Source: an uncultured Bacteroidota bacterium (lineage in GTDB: Bacteria; Bacteroidota; Bacteroidia; Bacteroidales; GCA-2748055). From it: a DNA stretch of 64,000 nucleotides. Position 1 is the stretch's first letter; every line of letters begins with the position of its first letter. The stretch is taken from positions 269,027-333,026 of the forward strand of contig CAVQMZ010000015.1 in NCBI GenBank assembly GCA_963713725.1. The letters are read 5' to 3'. A model generated the notes under the pieces. The model was given only the letters and a program-made list of their open reading frames with translations. It did no database searches and had not been told where the DNA came from. A program made the translations under genes and the position numbers. Below are positions 1 through 7,892 of this stretch, one piece after another.

Positions 1-443
1 TCGCCTCCACACTATCCACCCACTATGATGAAGGAGATGCTTCCAGTACGGATCCGGTGGAGAGGGTGAGCTGCCGTCCTGATTTTTCCATTTTGATCTA
101 TCCTGTTATCAGCTTTGATGATAATTTCACCCATGCCGGATCCAAAAGGAATCTTTTGGGCGAGAGTCCAGATCCGGAGCTGGTGGACTACTACTCCAAC
201 GAAAAGCAGGTCACCGAAGATACTCCGCCAGCTATTCTTATCCACTCTGCCGATGATGCTTCGGTTCCCCTTCAAAACAGCCTGGTATACTATGATGCCA
301 TCAGGAAGGTCAATAAGCTCTCGGAACTGCATGTTTATCCCTACGGAGGTCACGGATATTCCCTGGCCATAGGCAGAGGTCACCTTTCCAGTTGGCCCGA
401 CCGGGTGATTGACTGGATAGCCTATTTGGATGAACAGCCATGA
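1..443 (+). CDS. alpha/beta-hydrolase (esterase/lipase type), 5' end outside the window
   Basis: Frame 3 is open from the window edge to the stop at 441-443. The translation shows the C-terminal half of an alpha/beta fold (PDFSILIYPVI, PPAILIHSADDASVP, YPYGGHGYSL). Confidence 0.7.
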   Translation, partial: ASTLSTHYDEGDASSTDPVERVSCRPDFSILIYPVISFDDNFTHAGSKRNLLGESPDPELVDYYSNEKQVTEDTPPAILIHSADDASVPLQNSLVYYDAIRKVNKLSELHVYPYGGHGYSLAIGRGHLSSWPDRVIDWIAYLDEQP

Positions 444-499
444 TGGACCGTAAAACCCATAATTTGATTTCAGCCCAAAATCACAGGATTAAAAGATAA

Positions 500-1079
500 A
501 GCCCCCAGCACTTACACGGCAGAATTCATGAGGAGATCTCTCAAATGTTAGGTGAATCCAAAGAAAGCAAATGGGCTAAACAGGAACTCCAAAAACTTGA
601 TTTAAACCTGCAACAGTATGCCTGGGACGGATCCTGGTTTATGCGTGGCTACCGGGTGGATGGTATGAAATTTGGTTCATCGGAAAGCCCGGAAGGAAAG
701 ATTTTCCTGAATCCCCAGGCATGGTCAGTGATCAGCGGGGCAGCCACCACCGAACAGGCCGAAGAAGCCATGAAGCAGGTGGGGGAGCAGCTTTTTACAG
801 ATTATGGGATCAGGGTTTGTGCTCCTGCCTACACTTCTTCCGATTACAACATCGTAAGGGCAATGCTCATGAATCCGGGCCAGAAGGAAAACGGTGGAAT
901 TTTCCTACACAGCCCACCGGCTTTTCAGGGGAAAAATTATTAAGATTTTGATCACAAATCCCGATGGCGTTGAACATGGTGTTAAAAGCCTCAGAGTGAA
1001 TGGAAAAGAATTGTCGGGCTCTTACGTCAAGATGGAATTTCTGACCCCGGAAACACTTGTTGAAGTGAGGATGGGATAA
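500..1079 (+). pseudogene. GH94 (cellobiose/chitobiose phosphorylase-like) C-terminal remnant, 5'-truncated with an internal deletion or frameshift
   Basis: ORF 545-943 reads AWDGSWFMRGY...GKIFLNPQAWSVISG...MNPGQKENGGIFLHS, typical of the GH94 catalytic region. It then jumps frame to the extreme C-terminus (ORF 894-1079, ITNPDGVEHGVKSLRVNGKEL). About 600 N-terminal residues are missing. Confidence 0.6.
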
Positions 1080-1184
1080 TTTTCAGAATATTCTTTGCCG
1101 AATTAAAAATTTCATCTATTTTTGCTGCGCATTTGAATGATGCACGTTCTTAAAAGAGCTTAACCATAGCCATCAATAGATTAC

Positions 1185-1259
1185 GGTCCGGTAGTTCAGT
1201 TTGGTTAGAATGCCGGCCTGTCACGCCGGAGGTCGCGGGTTCGAGTCCCGTCCGGACCG
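1185..1259 (+). tRNA. tRNA-Asp (anticodon GTC)
   Basis: A manual cloverleaf fits 75 nt. Acceptor stem GGTCCGG/CCGGACC, D arm GTTC...GAAT, anticodon stem CCGGC/GCCGG with loop CTGTCAC, T arm GCGGG-TTCGAGT-CCCGT, discriminator G. Confidence 0.95.
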
Positions 1260-1260
1260 C

Positions 1261-1540
1261 TTAATCAATCAAAACCCTGAAAAGCAATTTTCAGGGTTTT
1301 TTTATGGCCGTTTGCGAACCAAGCTTGCTTGAGTGAGCAAGCGGGCATAAAAAAACAAAGGCGCTTTAGCGCCAGGGTTTTAATTGATTATGCAAGTTAG
1401 CCCCCCGCAGGGGAAGGGTCGACTGACGAAGTCAGGCAATCCCCCGCAGGGGAAGGGAACCTGGCTCCAGCCAGGAATCCCACAGGGAAACTTGCGAAGC
1501 AATATCCCGCGAGGAACTTGAAAAGTCTGGCTACTTTCAC
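1261..1540. repeat. Nested inverted repeats and tandem degenerate mini-hairpins
   Basis: 1261-1278 (ttaatcaatcaaaaccct) is the near reverse complement of 1374-1390 (agggttttaattgatta). Inner hairpins include gcttgcttgagtgagcaagc and ggcgctttagcgcc. Four degenerate units follow, each a CCC(C)GCAGGGG-like motif plus a small stem-loop; cccccgcaggggaaggg occurs twice. Confidence 0.5.
1271..1303 (+). terminator. Rho-independent terminator after the tRNA
   Basis: Hairpin aaaacCCTGAAAAgcaaTTTTCAGGG followed by a T7 run. Confidence 0.6.
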
Positions 1541-1565
1541 CAACTAATAATTTCCATTTCTTTTA

Positions 1566-1573
1566 TACTTTTG
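1566..1573 (+). promoter_or_regulatory. Candidate Bacteroidota -7 box (TACTTTTG)
   Basis: Matches TAnnTTTG and ends 24 nt upstream of the ATG at 1598. Confidence 0.35.
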
Positions 1574-1597
1574 ATGCTGGATCAATAATAAGAAAAA

Positions 1598-2452
1598 ATG
1601 GAAGCAGACAAAAGCAGGAGCTTCAAGGAAATTGATGTAAAGGATTTGTTTTACGATAAAAATCCGAAACTGGCCAGGTGGATTCCTGGATTCATATATG
1701 CGTACTTAAGAAGAATAGCTCACCAGGATTTTGTCAATGAGATTATCAGGGATTATGGTCATTTGAAAGGATACGATTTCAGCGTGGCCATGATGAAGTT
1801 TTTCAATCTGACCATTGAAGTAATAGGAGAAGAAAATCTGCCAGATGATGGAAGGTACATTTTTGCAGCCAACCATCCCTGGGGCGGCTTAGACGGACAT
1901 ATTGCCATGGTTATCATCGGGAAGAAGTATGGTAAGGATAAGTATAAATGTCTTGTGAACGACATACTTATGAACCTGAAGAACCTTCATGGCGTATTTA
2001 TCCCTGTTAATAAGCATGGTAGACAGGGCTCCCAGCTGGCAGATCAACTAGATTCTGCATTTAAATCCGAGTCACAAATCCTTACTTTTCCCTCCGGACT
2101 GGTAAGCCGGAAGATTGATGGACAGGTGATGGATCTGGAATGGCAAAAAAGCTTCATCAATAAAGCAAAACAGTATCAAAGAGACATCATCCCCATACAC
2201 ATGGGAGGGGAAAATTCAAATTTCTTTTATCGTTTATACCGATTCAGGAAAGCTATAGGTATTAAAGCAAACATCGAGATGCTTTATTTAATTGACGAAT
2301 CGTATAAGCACCGTGGCAAGCATGTTACAGTTTCGATTGGTGAGCCTATCCCCTGGCAAACTTTCGATAAGTCAAAGCGACCATTAGCCTGGGCTAAATG
2401 GGTGAAAGACAAGGTCTATAAATTGGATGGTGTGGAAAATGTCCCGCTTTAG
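1598..2452 (+). CDS. Lysophospholipid/glycerol acyltransferase family protein (PlsC-like)
   Basis: 284 aa. Acyltransferase block FAANHPWGGLDG (an HX4D-type motif variant) and FPSGLVSR block. Confidence 0.7.
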   Translation: MEADKSRSFKEIDVKDLFYDKNPKLARWIPGFIYAYLRRIAHQDFVNEIIRDYGHLKGYDFSVAMMKFFNLTIEVIGEENLPDDGRYIFAANHPWGGLDGHIAMVIIGKKYGKDKYKCLVNDILMNLKNLHGVFIPVNKHGRQGSQLADQLDSAFKSESQILTFPSGLVSRKIDGQVMDLEWQKSFINKAKQYQRDIIPIHMGGENSNFFYRLYRFRKAIGIKANIEMLYLIDESYKHRGKHVTVSIGEPIPWQTFDKSKRPLAWAKWVKDKVYKLDGVENVPL

Positions 2453-2476
2453 CTCACTGCCCGTATAAAAGATCTT

Positions 2477-3972
2477 CTAATTCCTGTAAAACAATCGTTC
2501 CTGGGGAATGGGCGAAGGACTGTTCCCCCCGGGAGTTACATAGAGCAAATTAAGGGCCTTTCCTCCTCCTTTTTGGAAATATTCCAGACGGACCGGATAG
2601 AATCCCTCTTTCAGGGGTATGACATAGGTATGAGCCTTATCAGCTGTGTGCAAGCCGTTATTATCCAGGATCTGCCGATCTCCAATATATAGTTTTGATC
2701 CATCTTCCGAACTCAGTACAAAAATGTAGTATCCCTCTTCTTCAATTTGAATGAACCCCTCAAAGAGACAGGCAAAATTTGTCTTCTCATCCGGCGAATC
2801 CAGGCTGAAGTTCGCACTCGTAATTCCCCTGTTCACTGGTTCTATTGAACTGAAGTCAGGTAACTGATCCCATTCACCTTTGTAGAAAGAATAATTAATA
2901 CCACCCGATTCTGCCTTCTTTGGTTTCTTTCCAGCTCTGGGAACATCACCTTCCAGAAACTTCCCTTCAGCAATTTCTGAATCAAAATTTCCATGGGGAG
3001 AGATGGCTTTCACCTTCAAAATACAGGGTTCCGACAACTCTATTGTTTGTGCCATCATTTCTGAATCCTGATTTGGATCACTACCATCGCTTGTGTACCT
3101 CAATGTTTTACTCCCTGTTGCATTCCAGATTGTAATGGGTTTCCCCTTTTCGAAAATCCCGTTCATGGGGTGAAATTCCACCTGCATGGATGCATAGCCA
3201 TCGTAAGTATACCTTAAACCGTCGTAGGCATGTTTAAGTCTTGAAGTTCCATGGGTCTCATTCTCGTATGCCACTGATTTCCAGTGCAGGTCATCTGGTT
3301 TATACAAGCTGAGTACGGAATCCATTTTATCAATTCCCATGCCGGCATAGGCATTATGGTCCTTTCTGCCTGCAATGAATAGAATGCTATTCGTACCCTC
3401 CAGGGATGGCACCTTCTCAGCAGCCAGATCAACCATGTATCCGTCATCCCACCAGAAACTTGGGTCCCCAGCCAGGTAGGCATCAAAAAGTTTCGGCTCC
3501 TCCAGCAGTGCATACATAGTGAACACCCCGCCAAATGAGTGTCCCAGGAGAATATCTTCACCCTTTACAGGGTAATTTTCATCCATAAAGGGCATTAACT
3601 CGGACTTAATAAATTCAAGAAATTTGTCAGCACCTCCGGAGGTAGGTACACCCTCATTATGTGAAGGCAAAAAATCCCTGTTCCTATCAACATTCACAAT
3701 GGAAACAATGATAGTGGGCGGCATATGCTTTTCAACCCGGATAAAATCCCGGACGGTTCCAACCAGCTCCTGGTTCCAGGGCCCGTCCAGCAGATATATC
3801 GCTGCATATTTCTCCTCTGAATCTGCTTTGTAATTTTTCGGAAAAAGAATTTGTAAATGTCTTGCTCCCCAAGTATTTCTGAATGAAGGGAATCCTTCTC
3901 AATAAAGGCATTCTGGGAAAATAATGTACCTGAATAAACCAGGCACAGAATGAATATAGCTTTTAGTTTCAT
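2477..3972 (-). pseudogene. Secreted esterase (putative-esterase alpha/beta fold) with C-terminal PA14 domain, frameshifted near 3855-3870
   Basis: The signal peptide MKLKAIFILCLVYSGTLFSQ is in one frame. The body (RHLQILFPKNYKADSEEKYAAIYLLDGPWNQ...LLGHSFGG) is in another frame that joins ORF 2477-3724. The C-terminal GEWDQLPDF...YYIFVLSSEDGSKLYIGD...YFQKGGG is PA14-like. Confidence 0.75.
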
Positions 3973-4055
3973 TGGGGTGGTTTTGAGGGATTTATTGTTT
4001 TTGCAAGACAGGTAATTTACCACAAAAAACAGGAAAGCCTGCGACAAATCCATAC

Positions 4056-4887
4056 CTCCCATCTTTATACCTGGAGAAGCTCATAGAAAAAAGGTACAGC
4101 CCCAATACCATCAAGACTTATGTATCATACATAAAGTCCTTTGCCAAAGAGTTCCAGGATCAATCACTTGATGTAGTCAGCACCCGACAAATTAACGATT
4201 ATCTATTGAATTTGATTCGTACTAAGGGCATTTCTGCATCGCAGCAGAACCAGAGAATCAGCGCTATCAAGTTTTACTATGAACATGTATTGGGAAGGGA
4301 AAAAGTATTTTACCAGCTTAGCAGGCCCAAAAAAGAAAGGAAGCTTCCAAAAGTCCTGACGGTTGAGGAAGTAGAACTCATTCTGGGACATGTCAACAAT
4401 ATAAAACATAAATGCATTCTGATGACAATTTATTCGGGCGGATTAAGAAGAAGCGAGCTGATCAATCTAAAAATTTGCGATATAGATTCCCAGCGTATGC
4501 TAATCAGAATTTCACACTCCAAAGGGAATAAGGATCGATATACACTACTGTCGGAGAAGCTGACTCAGCATTTAAGAATCTACTACCAGGCTTACAAACC
4601 CAGATACTGTGTTATTCGAAGGGCAGGGGGGAGGACAATACAGTGCCACCAGTATTGAAAAGATTTTCCGCAAGGCTTTGCAAAAGGCCAAAATCAAAAA
4701 GCACGCCACACCCCATAGCCTCAGGCACAGTTTTGCCACCCATCTTCTGGAACAGGGCATTAGCCTCCGCTATATACAAGAACTGCTTGGCCACTCCAGC
4801 ATCGCAACAACCGAAATTTATACCCATGTTAGTTCAAGACACCTTTCCAAAATCAAAAATCCCCTTGATAATTTGCATACATACTAA
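4056..4887 (+). pseudogene. Tyrosine recombinase (XerC/D-like, not IntI), N-terminally truncated and frameshifted near 4608-4612
   Basis: The translation shows LEKLIEKRYSPNTIKTY (SAM-like N-domain), GGLRRSEL (Arg I), KGNKDR, then after a frame change [12 protein letters not shown] and [16 protein letters not shown] (HxxR and catalytic Tyr). There is no start codon and no N-terminal arm. Only about 60 aa separate KGNKDR from HSLRH. Confidence 0.8.
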
Positions 4888-4957
4888 GCCAAACTCCGTT
4901 TATCTTATTAAATTGTTGGCCATAAACCCCACAACATTGGTTTACCCCATTGTGTGC
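4881..4957 (+). other. attC0: short, degenerate attC-like or attI-like site at the head of the array
   Basis: atACTAAG...ccaaactcc...ggtttacccc-ATTGTGTGC. TTGTGTGC (4950-4957) is the reverse complement of GCACACAA at 5325-5332, which closes the first cassette. The core has A instead of G at its first base. Confidence 0.4.
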
Positions 4958-5010
4958 CATTAGGACCCAACTATTAGCATATCATTTGCATCTTGATTGA
5001 AAAATCTGTC

Positions 5011-5322
5011 ATGAAGAATCATCTAAACAAATTAGTCATCATTTTGCTGCTAATAGTTGGTTGTGCCAAGGATGGACAAAAGTGCAAATACCTTGGCCAA
5101 ATAGTTGGATATGACGGAACAGAATGTTCGTGTTGTCCTGGATGGCTCATAAAGGTAAATGGTGATTCAATAAAAATCCGTTTCCTCCCAAATGAAAGTG
5201 AGATCTGGGATATAGATCGAAGTAAAAGATATCCCATTGATATTGAAATAGATTATAAGAGCTTTCAAGGTGATTGTGATCACTCCTACAAAGAGTTAAT
5301 ATGTTATAAATTAATAGACTAA
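5011..5322 (+). CDS. Small Cys-rich lipoprotein, cassette-encoded, unknown function
   Basis: MKNHLNKLVIILLLIVGCAKD is a lipobox signal peptide. Nine further Cys residues follow. I recognise no family. Confidence 0.55.
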   Translation: MKNHLNKLVIILLLIVGCAKDGQKCKYLGQIVGYDGTECSCCPGWLIKVNGDSIKIRFLPNESEIWDIDRSKRYPIDIEIDYKSFQGDCDHSYKELICYKLID

Positions 5323-5324
5323 CA

Positions 5325-5461
5325 GCACACAACAATAGGTAAATTCCATTTGCCATGTCACACATTTTACACCCCAGAATCCAAACTCAGTTGAGAGCAA
5401 ATCACGTATGCAAAATGGTGTGCCATTTGGCAAACAGTTTATTTACCCGAACCGTTAGCAC
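5325..5461 (+). other. attC1
   Basis: GCACACAAC-aataggtaaattccatttgccatgtcac...tgccatttggcaaacagtttatttacccgaacc-GTTAGCAC. The two arms form an imperfect palindrome. Confidence 0.75.
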
Positions 5462-5492
5462 CATACTGGTTCTCCACTCTTGTATCCTTAAT

Positions 5493-5523
5493 TTTGATAT
5501 ATGTAACTTATAAGTTACCTTTG
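5493..5523 (+). promoter_or_regulatory. Cassette-internal promoter plus operator palindrome
   Basis: TTTG (5493-5496), 19 nt spacer, TACCTTTG (5516-5523), which fits the Bacteroides -33/-7 consensus. The perfect 16-bp palindrome GTAACTTATAAGTTAC (5503-5518) overlaps the -7 box. The ATG at 5528 is 4 nt downstream. Confidence 0.55.
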
Positions 5524-5527
5524 CCCT

Positions 5528-5872
5528 ATGGAGAAGGTTAGAGAGGTAATCGCCTATAAGCATTATTTCGAGTCGTTCTTGCGAAAGCAAAACACAAAAG
5601 TGCAAGACAAAATTTACAAAGTCATCGAGATTATTGAAACTTATGAGCGTGTCCCATCAACCTACCTCAAATATCTTAAAGGTACGGATGGTCTTTATGA
5701 GGCAAGAATAAAGCTTGGCTCAAATATCTGGAGAGTGTTTTGCTTTTTCGATGAAGGTAAATTGGTGATACTTTTAAATGGCTTTTCGAAGAAGTCACAG
5801 AAGACTCCTCAGAATGAGATAAATAAGGCTATTCGTTTAATGAAAATGTATTACGAAGAAAAAACAAAATAA
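5528..5872 (+). CDS. Type II toxin, RelE/ParE superfamily (phage Gp49-like / HigB-2-like)
   Basis: 114 aa. YKHYFESFL...LYEARIKLGSNIWRVFCFFDEGKLVILLNGFSKKSQKTPQNEI is characteristic of the Gp49/DUF891 toxin family. An XRE antitoxin gene follows after a 1-nt gap. Confidence 0.8.
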   Translation: MEKVREVIAYKHYFESFLRKQNTKVQDKIYKVIEIIETYERVPSTYLKYLKGTDGLYEARIKLGSNIWRVFCFFDEGKLVILLNGFSKKSQKTPQNEINKAIRLMKMYYEEKTK

Positions 5873-5873
5873 T

Positions 5874-6164
5874 ATGGAAACTAAAAGTTGGAAAGATATT
5901 AAGGATTCTGTCTATGGCAAACCAGGTACAGAAAGAAGAGATCAGTTGGACAGAGACCTTGAATCTGTAAAAATAGGGCTCCTTCTTCGCAAAGCCAGAG
6001 AAGAAAAGAACTTAACTCAAGCTCAATTGGCAGACCTCGTAGACAAGAAAAGGACATACATCTCAAGAGTGGAGAATAACGGTAGTAATCTTACTCTTAA
6101 AACGTTATATGACATAGTTGAAAAGGGCTTAGGCGGAAAGGTGAATATTTCAATTGATATTTAA
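5874..6164 (+). CDS. XRE-family helix-turn-helix antitoxin
   Basis: 96 aa. The HTH reads LRKAREEKNLTQAQLADLVDKKRTYISRVENN. It is adjacent to the toxin gene. Confidence 0.8.
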   Translation: METKSWKDIKDSVYGKPGTERRDQLDRDLESVKIGLLLRKAREEKNLTQAQLADLVDKKRTYISRVENNGSNLTLKTLYDIVEKGLGGKVNISIDI

Positions 6165-6170
6165 TAGTAC

Positions 6171-6422
6171 GTGCGCTAACATTGTGCAAACTCAATATTG
6201 GCTTTTCACGTGCTTTGCACTTGGAAAATCATATCTTTAAATGAGAGATTGTTAAGTCAATCTATAACAAACTGTACAAAACAATTGCAAACGCAAAGCC
6301 CGCGCCAAGTTCCGCTCCGGCCCTCATTGGGAGGAAGGCTGGATTAACAGTTTCGCAAGAAACATGGTTGGCAGGAATGAGGACCGGAGCGCCAACACAG
6401 AGTTTGCACCAACCGTTAGGCC
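6171..6422 (+). other. attC2 (unusually long, 252 bp)
   Basis: GTGCGCTAAC-attgtgcaaactc ... gagtttgcaccaacc-GTTAGGCC. It contains an inner second palindrome: cgctccggccctcatt / aatgaggaccggagcg. Confidence 0.65.
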
Positions 6423-6457
6423 TAATAGCGAAAAAACTATTCTAGCACGGATTTTGT

Positions 6458-6465
6458 TATATTTG
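6458..6465 (+). promoter_or_regulatory. Candidate -7 box TATATTTG for the ParE-type cassette
   Basis: TAnnTTTG match ending 19 nt upstream of the ATG at 6485. Confidence 0.4.
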
Positions 6466-6484
6466 ATACAGATACATTTCAGAA

Positions 6485-6667
6485 ATGATAACTAAGACTC
6501 AAATTATCGATTCCCTCAGCAATCTTCCAGAGAACTTGACTATTGATCAGGTAATTGATCATTTAGTTGTTGTCGAAAAAATCCAAAAAGGGCTAGAGGA
6601 TTCAGAAAACGGGCGTGTCTATAATAAGGATCAAGCTAAGGATAAGCTGAAGAAATGGCTGAAGTAA
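6485..6667 (+). CDS. Small antitoxin-like protein paired with a ParE/RelE toxin
   Basis: 60 aa. It overlaps the downstream toxin gene by 13 nt. The C-terminal GRVYNKDQAKDKLKKWLK is typical of Bacteroidota addiction-module antitoxins. Confidence 0.6.
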   Translation: MITKTQIIDSLSNLPENLTIDQVIDHLVVVEKIQKGLEDSENGRVYNKDQAKDKLKKWLK

Positions 6668-6972
6668 TCTGGACAGAATCTGCACTGGCTGATTTGGAAG
6701 ATATCGGCGAATACATTGCAAAAGATTCCGTTAGATATGCTGAGCTAATTGTTACGAAGCTTTTCGGATCACCTGATATTCTTGAATTGAATCCAAAAGC
6801 CGGGAAAATGGTTCCTGAGCTTCAGAATGAATCTATACGCCAAATAATTAGGGGAAGTTATCGAATTATATACCATTTAGTTGACGAATATAGAATTGAT
6901 ATTTTAACTGTTCACCGATCTTCACGATTGTTAAGTAATACATACGATTTCGAAGATATCGTCAATGAATAA
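6655..6972 (+). CDS. Type II toxin, RelE/ParE family
   Basis: 105 aa. IWTESALADLEDIGEYIAKDS...GSYRIIYHLVDEYRIDILTVHRSSR matches the ParE pattern. Confidence 0.8.
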   Translation: MAEVIWTESALADLEDIGEYIAKDSVRYAELIVTKLFGSPDILELNPKAGKMVPELQNESIRQIIRGSYRIIYHLVDEYRIDILTVHRSSRLLSNTYDFEDIVNE

Positions 6973-6981
6973 GTACTACAA

Positions 6982-7079
6982 GGCCTAACAATAGATATAC
7001 TCCATTTGCCTTGTCATGCTTTTTGAAACAAAAAGCCCGCCATTTGGCAAACGTTTAGTATATCCGGACCGTTAGACGC
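6982..7079 (+). other. attC3
   Basis: GGCCTAAC-aata-gatatactcc-atttgcc..gctttttgaaacaaaaagc..ggcaaacg-tttagtatatccggacc-GTTAGACGC. The arms pair by eye: gatatact/agtatatc and gcttttt/aaaaagc. Confidence 0.8.
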
Positions 7080-7117
7080 AAGGCAGTGAAATTTCTGCCA
7101 GTTTAAGCTTTATTTCT

Positions 7118-7125
7118 TACATTTG
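7118..7125 (+). promoter_or_regulatory. Candidate -7 box TACATTTG
   Basis: TAnnTTTG match ending 16 nt upstream of the ATG at 7142. Confidence 0.4.
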
Positions 7126-7141
7126 ATAAAAAGCATTTGAA

Positions 7142-7390
7142 ATGGATTCGTCGGAATTAAAACTGAAGATTTTCAGGGAAATAGATTCCTTAGACAGCGG
7201 GAAACTCCAGGAGGTTTACGGTTATATTCAGAATTTCCTTAGGGGTGAAAAAGATTTAAATGATTGGGACAAGCTTTCTACAGTTCAAAAAGAAGGCATT
7301 TATAATTCTATTATGGATCTTGATGCAGGCAAAGGTATTGCGAATGATGAGGTAATATCCAAATACCGGAAAAAGTATCCAAATGCCTAA
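7142..7390 (+). CDS. Antitoxin-like protein paired with a RelE/ParE toxin
   Basis: 82 aa. It overlaps the downstream toxin gene by 8 nt. The C-terminal LDAGKGIANDEVISKYRKKY is typical of antitoxins in this gene arrangement. Confidence 0.6.
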   Translation: MDSSELKLKIFREIDSLDSGKLQEVYGYIQNFLRGEKDLNDWDKLSTVQKEGIYNSIMDLDAGKGIANDEVISKYRKKYPNA

Positions 7391-7682
7391 GGGAATAATC
7401 TGGTCACCTGATTCAGAGAAAGACCTCGATAATATTCTTGCATACTTATCAAGTGGATGGAATCCAACAGTTTCATCAAGATTTCTTGATCTCATAGAAA
7501 AGGTGCTGGTTCAGATTTCAGTAAATCCAAGGCAATTTCCCATAATTCAGCAAAAATTAAAAATCCGTAAGTGTGTTCTCACCAAACACAATACTCTTTA
7601 CTATAGAATTAGCAGAAGCCATGTGGAATTGCTCAGAATCTATGACAACCGACAAGATCCAAAAAATTTAAAATTTAATTAG
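7383..7682 (+). CDS. Type II toxin, RelE/ParE family
   Basis: 99 aa. IIWSPDSEKDLDNILAYL...KCVLTKHNTLYYRISRSHVELLRIYDNRQDP. Confidence 0.75.
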   Translation: MPKGIIWSPDSEKDLDNILAYLSSGWNPTVSSRFLDLIEKVLVQISVNPRQFPIIQQKLKIRKCVLTKHNTLYYRISRSHVELLRIYDNRQDPKNLKFN

Positions 7683-7688
7683 TGCCCA

Positions 7689-7822
7689 GCGTCTAACACT
7701 ATGTAAATTCCATACTGCCTGTCACTCCTTTTGCAGACCTGGAACTAAGATGAAAGAGAAAATAAAACATAGCAAAAGATCGTGCAAGTTGTACGTTCAT
7801 TTACACTAACCGTTATTGCTGT
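7689..7822 (+). other. attC4
   Basis: GCGTCTAAC-actatgtaaattccatactgcctgtcac ... gttcatttacactaacc-GTTATTGCTGT. Confidence 0.7.
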
Positions 7823-7892
7823 CATAAATTGATTTCTTTCGTTTGACTTATATCACCTATCGGCGTAAATTGCAGTTAGCAACCTCATTTAT

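Noticed and set aside
1310-1597. A riboswitch or sRNA gene upstream of the acyltransferase
   Set aside because: I see only hairpins and degenerate repeats and recognise no riboswitch consensus. I reported it as an unexplained structure rather than as an RNA gene.
4056-4887. Calling the tyrosine recombinase an integron integrase (IntI)
   Set aside because: The spacing between the KGNKDR box and [10 protein letters not shown] is about 60 aa, as in XerC/D. The IntI-specific additional domain, an extra ~35-40 aa, is absent. The gene is also truncated and frameshifted. I kept it only as a hypothesis in the findings.
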